Below, in pieces: positions 19,285 through 28,801 of a stretch of 64,000 bases of DNA. Made by a program: the position numbers and the translations under genes. The stretch's first letter is position 1. Every line of letters begins with the position of its first letter. The notes below the pieces were generated by a model. The model was not told the DNA's origin and searched no databases. It worked only from the letters and a program-made list of their open reading frames with translations. This stretch comes from Polyangiaceae bacterium (GTDB taxonomy: Bacteria > Myxococcota_A > Polyangia > Polyangiales > Polyangiaceae). The DNA is taken from NCBI GenBank assembly GCA_965222375.1, contig CBDCTZ010000016.1, positions 3,136,001-3,200,000 on the forward strand, read 5' to 3'.

Positions 19285-21204
19285 TTATGGGTTCGGACGG
19301 CTCTCCGGCATCGCTTCGATTGCTGCGGCGACGGAGAGAAACTTGTTGCGGAGTTGCTTGCTGGCGTGGGAGATCGCCAGCGCAACGATGGTTTCCCGCT
19401 TCAAGGACACACGAGCTTCGTCGGCGGCATCACCGATCCTCACGTCGTGCTTTTCCTGCAGCGCGGCGTCGACCGCAGCGAAGCTGAAGGTGTCTACGAG
19501 CGGGGCCTTGCGAACTGCGTCCCGCAGGGCTCGTTCCGCTTTCTCCAACTTGGAGAACAGGCCGGCGATCTTGTTGCGCTTGCCCAGGCGCATTGCCTCC
19601 ATCGCCCCTTCCGCCAGCACCCGCGCCTGGCGTGCGCGGCGCCCGACATTGCCCGCGCTCTCCGCTTTGTCACGTAGATAGCTCACGAGCTCGGCTCGGC
19701 TGATGGCGCGCATTCGCTCGCGCGCGCGGCGCTCCAGGTCTGCCGCACTTAGTGGGTGCTCCGCTAACCCTGCAAGCACCTCGCTCAGCGTGCGTTCCGT
19801 GAAGTCCTCTATCCGCGCTCCGCCCTCGGTCGCGTTGATCAGGGAAAGGGTGGGGCGCTGTCGAGCCAGCACGCGCGCGGCGTCTCCGAACCACGCGCGC
19901 ACGGGCGTGAAGGACATGCCCGTGGGCACGATGCCGTCGCCGCCCCAGGCCGTAACCCACTCCACGGCTTCCTTGTCATGCATCGGCGTCGTGCCGGCGT
20001 CGTGGGTCTGGCGCAAGGTCTTGCACCAATCGAGCTCGAGGTTCTTTCCGTCTTCAGAGACCCGCGCTCGAGACTCGGCATAGGCGGTTCCCGGCGCGTA
20101 GGCTTGGCCATCGGTGTAGGCGAGGTCCTGACCAACGAGGACGATGGGATTGCAACCAAGACGCTCCGCCAGAGAGAATGCGGCGGTCGTGACGCTGCCG
20201 CAGACCGGAAGCCCGACGTGCCCGGTCAGCTCTTCCATTGGCTGAGAAATCTCTGGAAGTGCCTCGTATACCGGCAGCAGAGGCCCGTTGCCGGTCCGCA
20301 GCGTCTTTGGATGGGCCGTCAGGCTGAAGGCCCGGACGACGCGGTCGATGAATGGCAGGTCTTTCAGCAAATGTGAAACGTCGACGGACTCGAGACACGC
20401 GAGTACTTGAGGTTCGACGTCATAGCTGGCCAGCGCCCGAGCACTGGTGTTGACGCAGATGACCAGACCCTTCTTGCTCGCTTCCGCTAGGAGTGCGCCA
20501 TTTTTTCCCAGGGAAGGGCCGGCGCCGACGATGAAGGCTGGGACGTTGGGTAGTGCCCCGGCCAGCGCAAGAGCCGTGGGCTGGTCCACGAGGAGTTCGA
20601 TGTTGTCGAGCAAGTCTTCGACCCAAACCTGCGCCCGGGTACGAAACGTGTTCATGTTCACGCCGATCCGGGCGACCAGTTCTTCCAGTTTCTCGGTGAG
20701 CGCCAGCTCTTGCTCTGGGAACTGCGCGCTGTAGCCGGAGGTTCGCACCACCGTAGCGGTGCTCTGACTCTGAGCGATCCCCGGCCAGATCTGACTCAAG
20801 TCGAAGAGATCCGTGACGAGCTCCACGTCGCCCAAGTCGATGGGGCCGTGCTCGAGGACTGCCCGCGCGATGCCTGGGTCGGGCTCGAAGACGACGACGC
20901 GCCCTAGCGTCTGGGCACGTGCCGCTCGTGCGGCATTACCCGCTCCGAGCCCGAAGACCACGACGATCGCGTCTGAGTCCCCAGGCACGGAGAGCTCCGT
21001 AGGTGTGTCGAGCAGTCCGCTTGCAGTACGTACGACCAGATCCCCAGATGAGAGCCGTGTGAGGTCACCGCCCGTGCTGGCCGCCTGCACCGCTTTGAGG
21101 GTCAGGGGCGCGAGCCCCAAACAGCGCAGGTTGTCGTCGAAGACATCTTCTCGGAAGTCGGGCTCCCGCCGAGCAATGACAGCTGACGCAGTCGACACGT
21201 TCAC
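19285..21204 (-). CDS. Motility-associated factor (Maf) family flagellin glycosyltransferase
   Basis: AFIVGAGPSL, GSVTTAAFSLAERLGCNPIVLVGQDLAY, INATEGGARI; adjacent to flagellins. Confidence 0.85.
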   Translation of the reverse strand: MNVSTASAVIARREPDFREDVFDDNLRCLGLAPLTLKAVQAASTGGDLTRLSSGDLVVRTASGLLDTPTELSVPGDSDAIVVVFGLGAGNAARAARAQTLGRVVVFEPDPGIARAVLEHGPIDLGDVELVTDLFDLSQIWPGIAQSQSTATVVRTSGYSAQFPEQELALTEKLEELVARIGVNMNTFRTRAQVWVEDLLDNIELLVDQPTALALAGALPNVPAFIVGAGPSLGKNGALLAEASKKGLVICVNTSARALASYDVEPQVLACLESVDVSHLLKDLPFIDRVVRAFSLTAHPKTLRTGNGPLLPVYEALPEISQPMEELTGHVGLPVCGSVTTAAFSLAERLGCNPIVLVGQDLAYTDGQAYAPGTAYAESRARVSEDGKNLELDWCKTLRQTHDAGTTPMHDKEAVEWVTAWGGDGIVPTGMSFTPVRAWFGDAARVLARQRPTLSLINATEGGARIEDFTERTLSEVLAGLAEHPLSAADLERRARERMRAISRAELVSYLRDKAESAGNVGRRARQARVLAEGAMEAMRLGKRNKIAGLFSKLEKAERALRDAVRKAPLVDTFSFAAVDAALQEKHDVRIGDAADEARVSLKRETIVALAISHASKQLRNKFLSVAAAIEAMPESRPNP

Positions 21205-21216
21205 TTCCGCGAGTAC

Positions 21217-21232
21217 TTCACGTCCCGTGCCA
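21217..21232 (-). promoter_or_regulatory. sigma54-like promoter of maf and the second flagellin
   Basis: TGGCAC-GGGAC-GTGAA (-12 variant GA) on the minus strand. Confidence 0.55.
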
Positions 21233-21357
21233 ACGCGGTATTTGCGGGTGAGGGCCCTGATGCGGCGACAGCGTCGCCTTTGTCCACAGGTTTGTCCCCT
21301 TCCGTCGCTGGCCTGACGCCCGTCAGCGCCAGGGGCGTGACGCTGGCGCAGTGTTCG

Positions 21358-21606
21358 TCACTCGGCGCCGGCGGCAGGCGTCGCTGCCACCGGGTCGAGC
21401 TGCTCGAGGGCGTCGTCAGCACTCATGGACAGCGCTTCGCGGTTGGCGCGCTCGATGTCATCAAAAAGCTCGCCGCGCAGTATCGTCGTCGACTTGGGTG
21501 CGACGATTCCGACCTTCACCTGGCGCCTGCTGATGTCGGCAATGACGACTTCAATGCCGCCGCCGATGACGATCCGCTGGCCCCTCCGTCGCGCGATCAC
21601 GAGCAT
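21358..21606 (-). CDS. csrA: Carbon storage regulator CsrA with C-terminal extension
   Basis: MLVIARRRGQRIVIG...VKVGIVAPKSTTILRGEL...ANREA. Confidence 0.92.
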   Translation of the reverse strand: MLVIARRRGQRIVIGGGIEVVIADISRRQVKVGIVAPKSTTILRGELFDDIERANREALSMSADDALEQLDPVAATPAAGAE

Positions 21607-21620
21607 TGAGCTACTAGCGA

Positions 21621-21636
21621 AGCAGTGACCATGCCA
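21621..21636 (-). promoter_or_regulatory. sigma54-like promoter of csrA
   Basis: TGGCAT-GGTCA-CTGCT (GG-N10-GC). Confidence 0.6.
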
Positions 21637-21640
21637 TGTC

Positions 21641-22522
21641 TCAGCCGAAGCGATGCAAGGCGCTCAGATCCAGTATCTGACGCGACACGGTGACGGCCTG
21701 CTCCAAAGATTGATTCAGGGACATCATCTTGGAATAGGACGAGAAGGGGTCGGCCTGGCTCACGCGTTGGTCTTGAGCGGCCAGGCCCAAATTGGTTTGC
21801 TCGAGGAGAGCGTCACTGGTCCGGAGCTTTTCGCTCAGCAAGCCCACCTTGGAGCGAGCCTGGATGAGCTGTTTTTGAGACGCTTCCAATCCGTCCAGGG
21901 TTGCCGCGACGGCGGCCGGGTCGTCGTTGCTGAGGGCAGTTTCGAGGGCGTCGAGGTCGGCAAAAACGTCGCGCCCGCCTGCCATGGTGAAGGCTTCGGC
22001 GCCGGCAAGATCGATCACGGTCGGCCCGCTCGCACCCAGGTCAACCACGAGGTCCGTGGCATCCCCGGAATACACGCCAGCCGCGTCGAAGGGCGCCGTG
22101 GCAGTTTGACTGCCTCCGAATAGGTAGCCGCGAGTGCCTTCGGTATTGCCCACGGTGACCAGCTGATCTCGGAGGTTTCGCACGGCTTCGGCCAAGGAAT
22201 TGCGCTCGTCAGCGGACAGACTGCCATTGGCGCCCTGGATGGCGATTTCGCGCGCGCGGGCGAACAGGTCGGAGGCTTCCGCCAGGGAGCTCTCGGCTTG
22301 CTCTGTGTCCCCAAGGGTGTGGCGTACGGTTTGGCGTTGGGCTTCGACCCGAGCCTGGGCTGAGCGATTGCGTATCAGCTCTGCCGCCGCGATAGGATCG
22401 TCGGAAGGCGCGGAGACTCGAGAGCCCGATAGCGCCTCGCGCGCAGCTTCGTTCTGTCGGGAGCTCAGCTCAGCCAAGGTGCGCGACACGTTGGCGTACT
22501 TCAGGCCTTCGGTGACTCTCAT
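21641..22522 (-). CDS. flgL: Hook-filament junction protein FlgL
   Basis: MRVT, SGSRVSAPSDDP, YLFGG; overlaps the flgK stop. Confidence 0.93.
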   Translation of the reverse strand: MRVTEGLKYANVSRTLAELSSRQNEAAREALSGSRVSAPSDDPIAAAELIRNRSAQARVEAQRQTVRHTLGDTEQAESSLAEASDLFARAREIAIQGANGSLSADERNSLAEAVRNLRDQLVTVGNTEGTRGYLFGGSQTATAPFDAAGVYSGDATDLVVDLGASGPTVIDLAGAEAFTMAGGRDVFADLDALETALSNDDPAAVAATLDGLEASQKQLIQARSKVGLLSEKLRTSDALLEQTNLGLAAQDQRVSQADPFSSYSKMMSLNQSLEQAVTVSRQILDLSALHRFG

Positions 22523-23913
22523 GACCCGACTCTCGCCATCAGCTCACGCAACAGTTCATCCACGGTGCTGATGACTTTCGCGGCGGCTTCGTAGCCTCGC
22601 TGGTAGCGTGTCAGGGAGATCATCTCTTCATCCAAAGACACCCCGCTCTCGCTCTCTCGCAGAGCTTCGACTTGAGCCAGTACACCCTGGCGAAGCTGGC
22701 CTTCGCTTGCGGCACTGGCCTTGCGCATTCCGAAGTCGCCCACGATGTCCGAGTACGCTTCCGTGAAGGTGCGGGTGCCTCCGCTTGCGGCGTTCGCGGT
22801 CGAAAGCGCGGACAGCAGCGCCGCATTGTCACTGCCCCCGGGGAGGTCGGCGACGTTGGCAGAGGCGGCCACGCGATCGGGTTGCCCCGCGAGCTGCGGG
22901 TCCACGCGAATGGCCCGGGCGGCGCCGGCTGCCGTTGCCGTGATCTCGAATAGGGGGCGGCCGCCCACGCCATCGAGGCCGACGCCTGCGGCATGCTGGG
23001 TGTTGACTGCCGTGGCCAGATCGAAGGCGAGCTGATCCAGCCGCTGCGCGGTGGCCGCAAGGTCTACGTCCCGAGCATCTCGGATCCCGGCCAGCGCGCC
23101 GCCGCTCAGGTATTTCGTGATTTCCGTGGGTTGTCCGCTTCCGGAGCTGGCAAAGAGTCGAATGTTGCCGTTCGCAGCCAAGTCGATGGAAAGGGAGCGT
23201 GCGTTTTCACCCTCGACCAAGGTCGTTCCCGCAGCCTGTACGACCAAGTGCCCCTCCCCGTCGGTGAAGGTGTGCACGTCGACTTGGTTGGACAGCCCGA
23301 GCAGCATTTGATTGAGGCGGTCTTTGAGGTCCGCAGCGTCCTGACCCGAAGCTTCTGCCAAGGAGATCTGCCGGTTCAGCTCCGAGAGCTGGATCGCCTT
23401 CTGATTGATTTCGTCGACCACGGCGCGCCCGCGAGACAGCTGCTCTTCCCGAGCACTGGCGATGCCGTCGGCGATGTCGCGGATGTGGCTGGTGAGCTGC
23501 TCCGCGCGCTGCAGCAAATTGACTCGCGTGGTGGGATCCGACGGATTGGACGCGACGGAGCTGAACGCGCCGAAGAGCTGGTCCAAGGAACTGCCTAGGC
23601 CGGTGCCCAAGAAGTCGTTGAGAAGCGGTTCCACCCGGCCCAGCTGGCCATCTCGTTCACTCGCCGCCGAGGCCAAGCTGGCGGCTGCGTAGTAACGCCG
23701 GTCCACATACTGATCCGCCGCGCGGCGCAGCCCCACGGCTTCGACCCCGCCGTAGGTTTGAGTTCCCAAGACGACGTTCTGGAGGATGGCCTCCCGGCGG
23801 ACGTAGCCGCCCGTGTTGGCGTTGGCGACATTCTGCCCGGCGACACCGAGCCCATAGGACTGTGCGGAAAGCGCGTCGCGGGCCGTATAAAGAAGCTGCG
23901 ACAGGGAGCCCAT
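22519..23913 (-). CDS. flgK: Hook-associated protein FlgK
   Basis: GQNVANANTGGYVRR; SGVSLDEEMISLTRYQRGYEAAAKVI. Confidence 0.95.
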   Translation of the reverse strand: MGSLSQLLYTARDALSAQSYGLGVAGQNVANANTGGYVRREAILQNVVLGTQTYGGVEAVGLRRAADQYVDRRYYAAASLASAASERDGQLGRVEPLLNDFLGTGLGSSLDQLFGAFSSVASNPSDPTTRVNLLQRAEQLTSHIRDIADGIASAREEQLSRGRAVVDEINQKAIQLSELNRQISLAEASGQDAADLKDRLNQMLLGLSNQVDVHTFTDGEGHLVVQAAGTTLVEGENARSLSIDLAANGNIRLFASSGSGQPTEITKYLSGGALAGIRDARDVDLAATAQRLDQLAFDLATAVNTQHAAGVGLDGVGGRPLFEITATAAGAARAIRVDPQLAGQPDRVAASANVADLPGGSDNAALLSALSTANAASGGTRTFTEAYSDIVGDFGMRKASAASEGQLRQGVLAQVEALRESESGVSLDEEMISLTRYQRGYEAAAKVISTVDELLRELMARVGS

Positions 23914-23917
23914 GGGA

Positions 23918-24274
23918 CTAGACCTTCACGTCCAAGCGAACGGGTGCCGTACTCTGGCGCGCCAGCGGATGCTCTATGCTGGGAGCTCCGGTCATGGTTG
24001 CGATCACTCCCCGCACGGTGTCTCTGGCGTGCACCAGCAACATCTGGTTGTTGAGTGCTGCGACTCGCACGCGTTCGGCGATCTCGCGATCTTCTTGCGC
24101 CAGGGGACCAGCCTGAGCAAGCCCGCGCTCGACTTTCAGTTTGCGCGCGGCGATTTGCTCCAGCTCCTCCCCCTTGGGGCTGCGAAGCGCGAGGGCCTCT
24201 TCAGCCAGGATGACCTCGAGTTCTTCGAGGAGCTTGCGCGGCGTTTTTGGCGTTCTCTGTGGCCCTGATTCCAT
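23918..24274 (-). CDS. flgN: FlgN-like export chaperone
   Basis: Small helical protein (EEALAL...LNNQMLL) between flgM and flgK. Confidence 0.6.
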   Translation of the reverse strand: MESGPQRTPKTPRKLLEELEVILAEEALALRSPKGEELEQIAARKLKVERGLAQAGPLAQEDREIAERVRVAALNNQMLLVHARDTVRGVIATMTGAPSIEHPLARQSTAPVRLDVKV

Positions 24275-24297
24275 GACTACCTTCCCCCCACCCCGTG

Positions 24298-24585
24298 CTA
24301 TCCGAGCTCGTCCAAAATGCGACCTGCGATCTGATGCGGGTCAACCTGGAACGAACCGTCTTGAATGCGCGCTTTGAGCGCCTCCACCTTTTGTGTGTCC
24401 ACGACTCCCCCAGTTCCACTGGCTGCAAGATCTCGGGCTTCCGCGGAGATGCTCACTTTTGCTGCCTCTGCTGGAGCTTGGGGTGAGCTCGCGTCCACCT
24501 TCTCCGCCGGGCGTGCCTCCTTCACCGGTGACACCGCCATGCGGTGGTAAGCGTCGAGCGCCGGGTTCCCAGTGATGCCTTTCAT
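24298..24585 (-). CDS. flgM: Anti-sigma28 factor FlgM
   Basis: KVSISAEA...DTQKVEALKARIQDGSFQVDPHQIAGRI. Confidence 0.92.
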   Translation of the reverse strand: MKGITGNPALDAYHRMAVSPVKEARPAEKVDASSPQAPAEAAKVSISAEARDLAASGTGGVVDTQKVEALKARIQDGSFQVDPHQIAGRILDELG

Positions 24586-24998
24586 TCTGTCCTCCGATTG
24601 ACCGGGGTCGACTCGCTAGGGGTCGCCCTAACATGGGTGATCGGCACCGCATCAGAAGCCTTGAGGGGAATTCGTGGACCCGTGCCTAAGTCATTGGAAG
24701 TATTGACTAATTTTCCTGACGCGGGGGCCAGCTGAGTGACCATGTCGCGGGCGAGGCCCAGCCCTCCAGCCTGGGCAATGGCGTCCGAAAGGGCCTCGAC
24801 CACCATGGAGCCATAGGCCGTCGCCCCAGCGGGACCCGAACCCGTGCCGGAGACCCGAGCAGATTTTTCCAACGCGGAGAGCACCCGCCGGAGCAGCATC
24901 GATTCAAACTGCTGGCTCGCCTGGTTCAACTTCGCATTGCGCTGCTGCTCTCGGGCAGCGTGCAAAGCGAGATTGGGCGTGGGGCTAACGTTGGTCAT
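24582..24998 (-). CDS. flgJ: Rod-binding FlgJ without a muramidase domain
   Basis: KLNQASQQFESMLL...GGLGLARDM; follows flgI. Confidence 0.75.
   Translation of the reverse strand: MTNVSPTPNLALHAAREQQRNAKLNQASQQFESMLLRRVLSALEKSARVSGTGSGPAGATAYGSMVVEALSDAIAQAGGLGLARDMVTQLAPASGKLVNTSNDLGTGPRIPLKASDAVPITHVRATPSESTPVNRRTE
24638..24664 (-). promoter_or_regulatory. sigma28 promoter of flgM, inside flgJ
   Basis: TCAA-N15-GCCGATCA. Confidence 0.75.
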
Positions 24999-25008
24999 GA
25001 ATCCATAC

Positions 25009-26145
25009 CTATTGGACGACGATCTCTGCACGAAGCGCGCCAGCTGTGCGAAGGGCTTGCAGCAAACTTGCAAGCTCGCGCGGAGGAACCCCGAATGCGC
25101 TCAGGGCTTGAGCCACGTCTGCCAGTGATGCGGCGCCTCCCACATAGGAGAGGGTAGGTGGAGTCTTCTCCGCAGCTTCGACCTCCGTGCGGTTGACCAC
25201 GGTTGTCTCGCCTCCCGCGAGGGCCTCGGGCTGGCTCACCACCGGGGCCTCCTTGATCGTGATGGTGATTCCGCCTTGAGCGATCGCAACTGGAGAAAGC
25301 TGCACGTTGCCACCCGCAACGATGGTGCCCGTGCGTTCGTTGATGACCACCCTCGCGTTCGAAGACGGCGCAACGTCCACGTTGCCGACCCTAGCCAGAA
25401 GCTCTACGGGCTTGTTCTTCAGCTTCGCGGGAGCCTTGACGACGACCGTGCCGCCATCCACAGCTCGGGCGGAGCCCTTGCCGAATTCTTTGTTGACCGC
25501 TTCGACGATGCGTTGGGCGTTCGCAAAGTCCGGCGCACGCAAAGCCAGCTGGATCTTGCCCTTGCTCGAGAAAGTCGTCTTGATTTCGCGCTCCACCAAG
25601 GCCCCGGAGGGAATGCGCCCCGTCGTGGTGGAGTTGCTCTGCACCGAGCTGCCCGAGGCGCCACCTGCCGAAAACCCACCGACCAGTAGCGGTCCTTGAG
25701 ACACCGCATAGGTACGCCGGTCTGCGCCGCGCAGGGGCGTCTGCACCAAGACACCGCCCCGCAGGCTGCGGGCGTTTCCTATGGACGAGACCGTGACGTC
25801 CAGTTTGGAGCCCGCCCGAGAGAAGGGCGGAATCGTCGACGTGACTAGAACGGCCGCCACATTGCGAAGCCGCAATTGGCGGGCGCCGACCTGGACCCCG
25901 AGCCGACGCAGCAAAGACATCAAGGACTGTGCGGCAAACGGGGCTGATACGTCGTCGCCGGTACCGTTGAGGCCCACGACGACGCCGTAACCGACCAGCT
26001 GGTTGTCTCGGGCTCCCACCACATCGCACAGATCCCGGATCTTGTCGGCTTGCGCCGGCCTTGGAGCCAAGACGATGCCGAGCAATAGGGTGGCCGTCAG
26101 GGCTACGCGAGGCAGAGTGGTCAAGAATGTCGATGGCTGGTGCAT
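25009..26145 (-). CDS. flgI: Flagellar P-ring protein FlgI
   Basis: Signal peptide, GARDNQLVGYGVVVGLNGTGD, VVINERTGTIV. Confidence 0.96.
   Translation of the reverse strand: MHQPSTFLTTLPRVALTATLLLGIVLAPRPAQADKIRDLCDVVGARDNQLVGYGVVVGLNGTGDDVSAPFAAQSLMSLLRRLGVQVGARQLRLRNVAAVLVTSTIPPFSRAGSKLDVTVSSIGNARSLRGGVLVQTPLRGADRRTYAVSQGPLLVGGFSAGGASGSSVQSNSTTTGRIPSGALVEREIKTTFSSKGKIQLALRAPDFANAQRIVEAVNKEFGKGSARAVDGGTVVVKAPAKLKNKPVELLARVGNVDVAPSSNARVVINERTGTIVAGGNVQLSPVAIAQGGITITIKEAPVVSQPEALAGGETTVVNRTEVEAAEKTPPTLSYVGGAASLADVAQALSAFGVPPRELASLLQALRTAGALRAEIVVQ
25027..25042 (-). promoter_or_regulatory. sigma54-like promoter of flgJ, inside the flgI 3' end
   Basis: TGGCGC-GCTTC-GTGCA. Confidence 0.45.
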
Positions 26146-26157
26146 GGGTGTGGTTGT

Positions 26158-26856
26158 TCAGAATGGATTGATGGAGTCCAGGATCTTGGTCAGCCAGCCA
26201 CGCTCCACTTGGTCGGCGATATCCCCTCGTCCCGTGAACTCGACGCGAGCGTCGGCGATGCGAGTCGAGGCCACGGAGTTGTCTTGGTCGATGTCCGACG
26301 GGCGGATCACGCCGGAGATGTAGAGGTGGTATTCTTCCAGATTGAGCATCACGACCTTCGTGCCCTCGACGAATAGGTCACCGTTGGGCAGCTCCTTCTT
26401 GACCCGAACGCCGATCATGCCTTTGAGCTTTCCGGCGCGTTGGGTCTTGCCCTCGCCCGCAAAGTCAAACTCGCTGGCCATGGCCAGGAGGTTCTCGGGG
26501 TCGATATTGGGATAGGCTTTCTGGATCGCGGGCACCAAGCCGAGCAGGGCGCTCACGTTGGCCTCTCGGCTGGAGCCCTTGGCCAAGTTGGTTGACGCGC
26601 CGCCTTTGGCATCGGCTTCTTCTTGAATGCGGACTAGTACGACGTCTCCCACCCGCAGCGCGCGCGTGTCCTCGAGGTAGCCGGGCTGTGCTTCCGAGTA
26701 GATGGAACCCGTAGAAGGTTCGTAGTCCTTCTGGGTGGCCGCATACTCTCCCACGTCGTATTTGCGTTGGCGTGGCTTGAATGGACGAATGTGGGGTGGC
26801 CCACATGCACCCAGGGTGAGTACGGCAAGGCCGAGCAGTGCGCTACGGCGGTTCAA
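26158..26856 (-). CDS. flgH: Flagellar L-ring lipoprotein FlgH
   Basis: Lipobox LGAC, DTRALRVGDVV, LPNGDLFVEG, SGVIRPSDI. Confidence 0.95.
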   Translation of the reverse strand: MNRRSALLGLAVLTLGACGPPHIRPFKPRQRKYDVGEYAATQKDYEPSTGSIYSEAQPGYLEDTRALRVGDVVLVRIQEEADAKGGASTNLAKGSSREANVSALLGLVPAIQKAYPNIDPENLLAMASEFDFAGEGKTQRAGKLKGMIGVRVKKELPNGDLFVEGTKVVMLNLEEYHLYISGVIRPSDIDQDNSVASTRIADARVEFTGRGDIADQVERGWLTKILDSINPF

Positions 26857-27596
26857 GCGCCGCCTCCCACTACCTTGGCCGTACTTCCGGAGGTGACGCG
26901 GGCTCGAAGGATCTTCTTCGTGGACTCGACGCGAAATCGACCCACTTCATGCAGGTCCACGTCTGCCAGCGCCACCGCGGTTGCGGCCACACGGGCAGGT
27001 CCACGTTCGATCACCAGATAGACCCGGGCGCCCCGGGCGATGGTTGAGCGGGCGCCGTTCTCGTCGATGTCCAGGACCGCGGCCACGGGCGCGCGCGCGA
27101 CGATCCGCCCGTCCGCCCGCCACGCAATCGTCACCGTGGTCGTGGTCGTGCCGACGCGCTTGGGCAGCTTGGGGATCTTGGCCACCGTGAGCTTGGCGGA
27201 TTTGGGAGTGGTCACGCTCCGGCGAACCGACAGCCGCTTGAGCACGATCCCCTGGCTGAGGCGAGCCGTGATCAGCGGTGACGCCGCGCTCTCGATATCC
27301 GCGGGGCCCCAGCGCTTGGAGGCTGTGACGATGCGCACGACCTTTGGCAACTTGACTTCCTTGGGTTTGGCACCGGCGCTACGAATCGCTCGGGCGAGCT
27401 CCGCGCGGGCGATCAACCTCGAGCTGCCCGCGGGCGGCGCGGGCCCTAGATCGATACCGGCGAGATCCTCGGGTGCCGTCGGAACGACGTCCTTCAGCGT
27501 CACCCGCGCCCCGTCGACGGTGCGTTCGGGCTGTGCGCTACTGGCCGGACGTGCCGCCAGCAGAATGAATGCAAGGAGCCAGGCCGAGCGCTTCAC
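26853..27596 (-). CDS. flgA: P-ring assembly chaperone FlgA-like
   Basis: Signal peptide, VTLKDV...LGPAPPAG, IARGARV; between flgG and flgH. Confidence 0.75.
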   Translation of the reverse strand: MKRSAWLLAFILLAARPASSAQPERTVDGARVTLKDVVPTAPEDLAGIDLGPAPPAGSSRLIARAELARAIRSAGAKPKEVKLPKVVRIVTASKRWGPADIESAASPLITARLSQGIVLKRLSVRRSVTTPKSAKLTVAKIPKLPKRVGTTTTTVTIAWRADGRIVARAPVAAVLDIDENGARSTIARGARVYLVIERGPARVAATAVALADVDLHEVGRFRVESTKKILRARVTSGSTAKVVGGGA

Positions 27597-27598
27597 CG

Positions 27599-28384
27599 TT
27601 ACCTCATTTGAGAAGCTGCACGCAGCATCTCGTCGGCGGTGCTGATGACCTTGGAGTTGATCTCGTAGGCGCGCTGGGCGCTGATGAGCCCAATCATCTC
27701 CTCGACAATGTCGACGTTGGCTTGCTCCAACGCCCCCTGAAGCAGCGTGCCGCGTCCGTCACTGCCAGGTTCGCCGAGCTGCGCCTCTCCGCTCGCGGCC
27801 GACGGCAAAAATAGGTTGTGCCCCACGGCGTTGAGCCCCGCAGGATTGACGAAAGTCGCGATGGAGAGTTGTCCCAACTCGACGGGTGCGGGCTGACCGT
27901 TGACGGTCGCGGAAATGGTTCCATTAGCCGCGACGGAAATCCCTGTCGCCTCCGCCGGTACACTGACCGGCGGGTCGAGGGGGTAGCCCTCGGCGTTGAC
28001 GACGCGGCCATCCCCATCCAGGCGCAGCGCGCCGTTTCGAGTGTAGGCCGGCGTACCGTCGGGCTGTTGCACCACGAAGAAGCCTTGCCCCTCGACAGCC
28101 ACGTCTAGGGGATTGTTGGTGGTTGTAATGGTGCCCTGCTCGAAGAGCTTGACCATGCCGATGACGCGAACGCCGTTTCCGATCTGGAGCCCCGTGGGCG
28201 ACCGGGTCGTGGGACCTGTCGGTGCGCCCGGCGCGCGCACCGTTTGGTACAGCAAGTCTTGAAAGTCGACTCGCTGCTTCTTGTAGCCAACGGTGTTTGC
28301 GTTGGCGATGTTGTGCGAGATCCCTTCGAGGTGCATCTCTTGGGCGGACATGCCGGTTGCGGCGATGTTCAGCGATCGGAACAT
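27599..28384 (-). CDS. flgG: Distal rod protein FlgG
   Basis: MFRSLNIAATGM, FQDLLYQ, GLQIGNG, AQRAYEINSKVISTADEML. Confidence 0.96.
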   Translation of the reverse strand: MFRSLNIAATGMSAQEMHLEGISHNIANANTVGYKKQRVDFQDLLYQTVRAPGAPTGPTTRSPTGLQIGNGVRVIGMVKLFEQGTITTTNNPLDVAVEGQGFFVVQQPDGTPAYTRNGALRLDGDGRVVNAEGYPLDPPVSVPAEATGISVAANGTISATVNGQPAPVELGQLSIATFVNPAGLNAVGHNLFLPSAASGEAQLGEPGSDGRGTLLQGALEQANVDIVEEMIGLISAQRAYEINSKVISTADEMLRAASQMR

Positions 28385-28396
28385 ACGAGCTAGTTG

Positions 28397-28412
28397 TGCA
28401 ACTAAGGTGCCA
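28397..28412 (-). promoter_or_regulatory. sigma54 promoter of flgG
   Basis: TGGCAC-CTTAG-TTGCA, matches consensus. Confidence 0.8.
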
Positions 28413-28432
28413 GTGCGCTGGCGGCTTCAGAC

Positions 28433-28801
28433 TCAGCCGTCCGCGCTGGCGTCGCTGGCGTCACTTTCGCCGCTATCTGCCGCGTCTACATCAGCTGCGT
28501 CGTCTAAAGAATCCGTGGGGGCGTCCGTTGAGGCATCTGTAGGAGCGCTGGCATCCGCGTCGATCGACGCATCCTTGGCGCTCGCTTCCGTCAAAGCGTC
28601 GACGCCGACATCTTTGGCCGCGTCCAGGTCGGGCCCTGCGTCAGTCGCGGCTGCAGGGGTTTCCGATACACAGCTGCCTGATTGGCAAACTTCTCCACTC
28701 GCGCAATCCGAGTGCCGCAAGCAGGACCCATCCTCCGCACACCCTGGAGTGATGACGCTTAGGGCTAGCGCGAGCAGGCCGTGACTGGTTCTACAGGCCA
28801 A
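28433..28801 (-). CDS. Hypothetical Cys-rich lipoprotein with Asp/Ala-rich tail
   Basis: Lipobox-like ITPGC, CLRHSDCASGEVCQSGSC, DAG/DAS repeats. Confidence 0.65.
   Translation of the reverse strand: MACRTSHGLLALALSVITPGCAEDGSCLRHSDCASGEVCQSGSCVSETPAAATDAGPDLDAAKDVGVDALTEASAKDASIDADASAPTDASTDAPTDSLDDAADVDAADSGESDASDASADG

Noticed and set aside
17287..21606. RNA-guided TnpB/TldR-type regulator linked to fliC and csrA
   Set aside because: No RuvC/TnpB-like ORF anywhere in the window; csrA is explained by the FliW circuit
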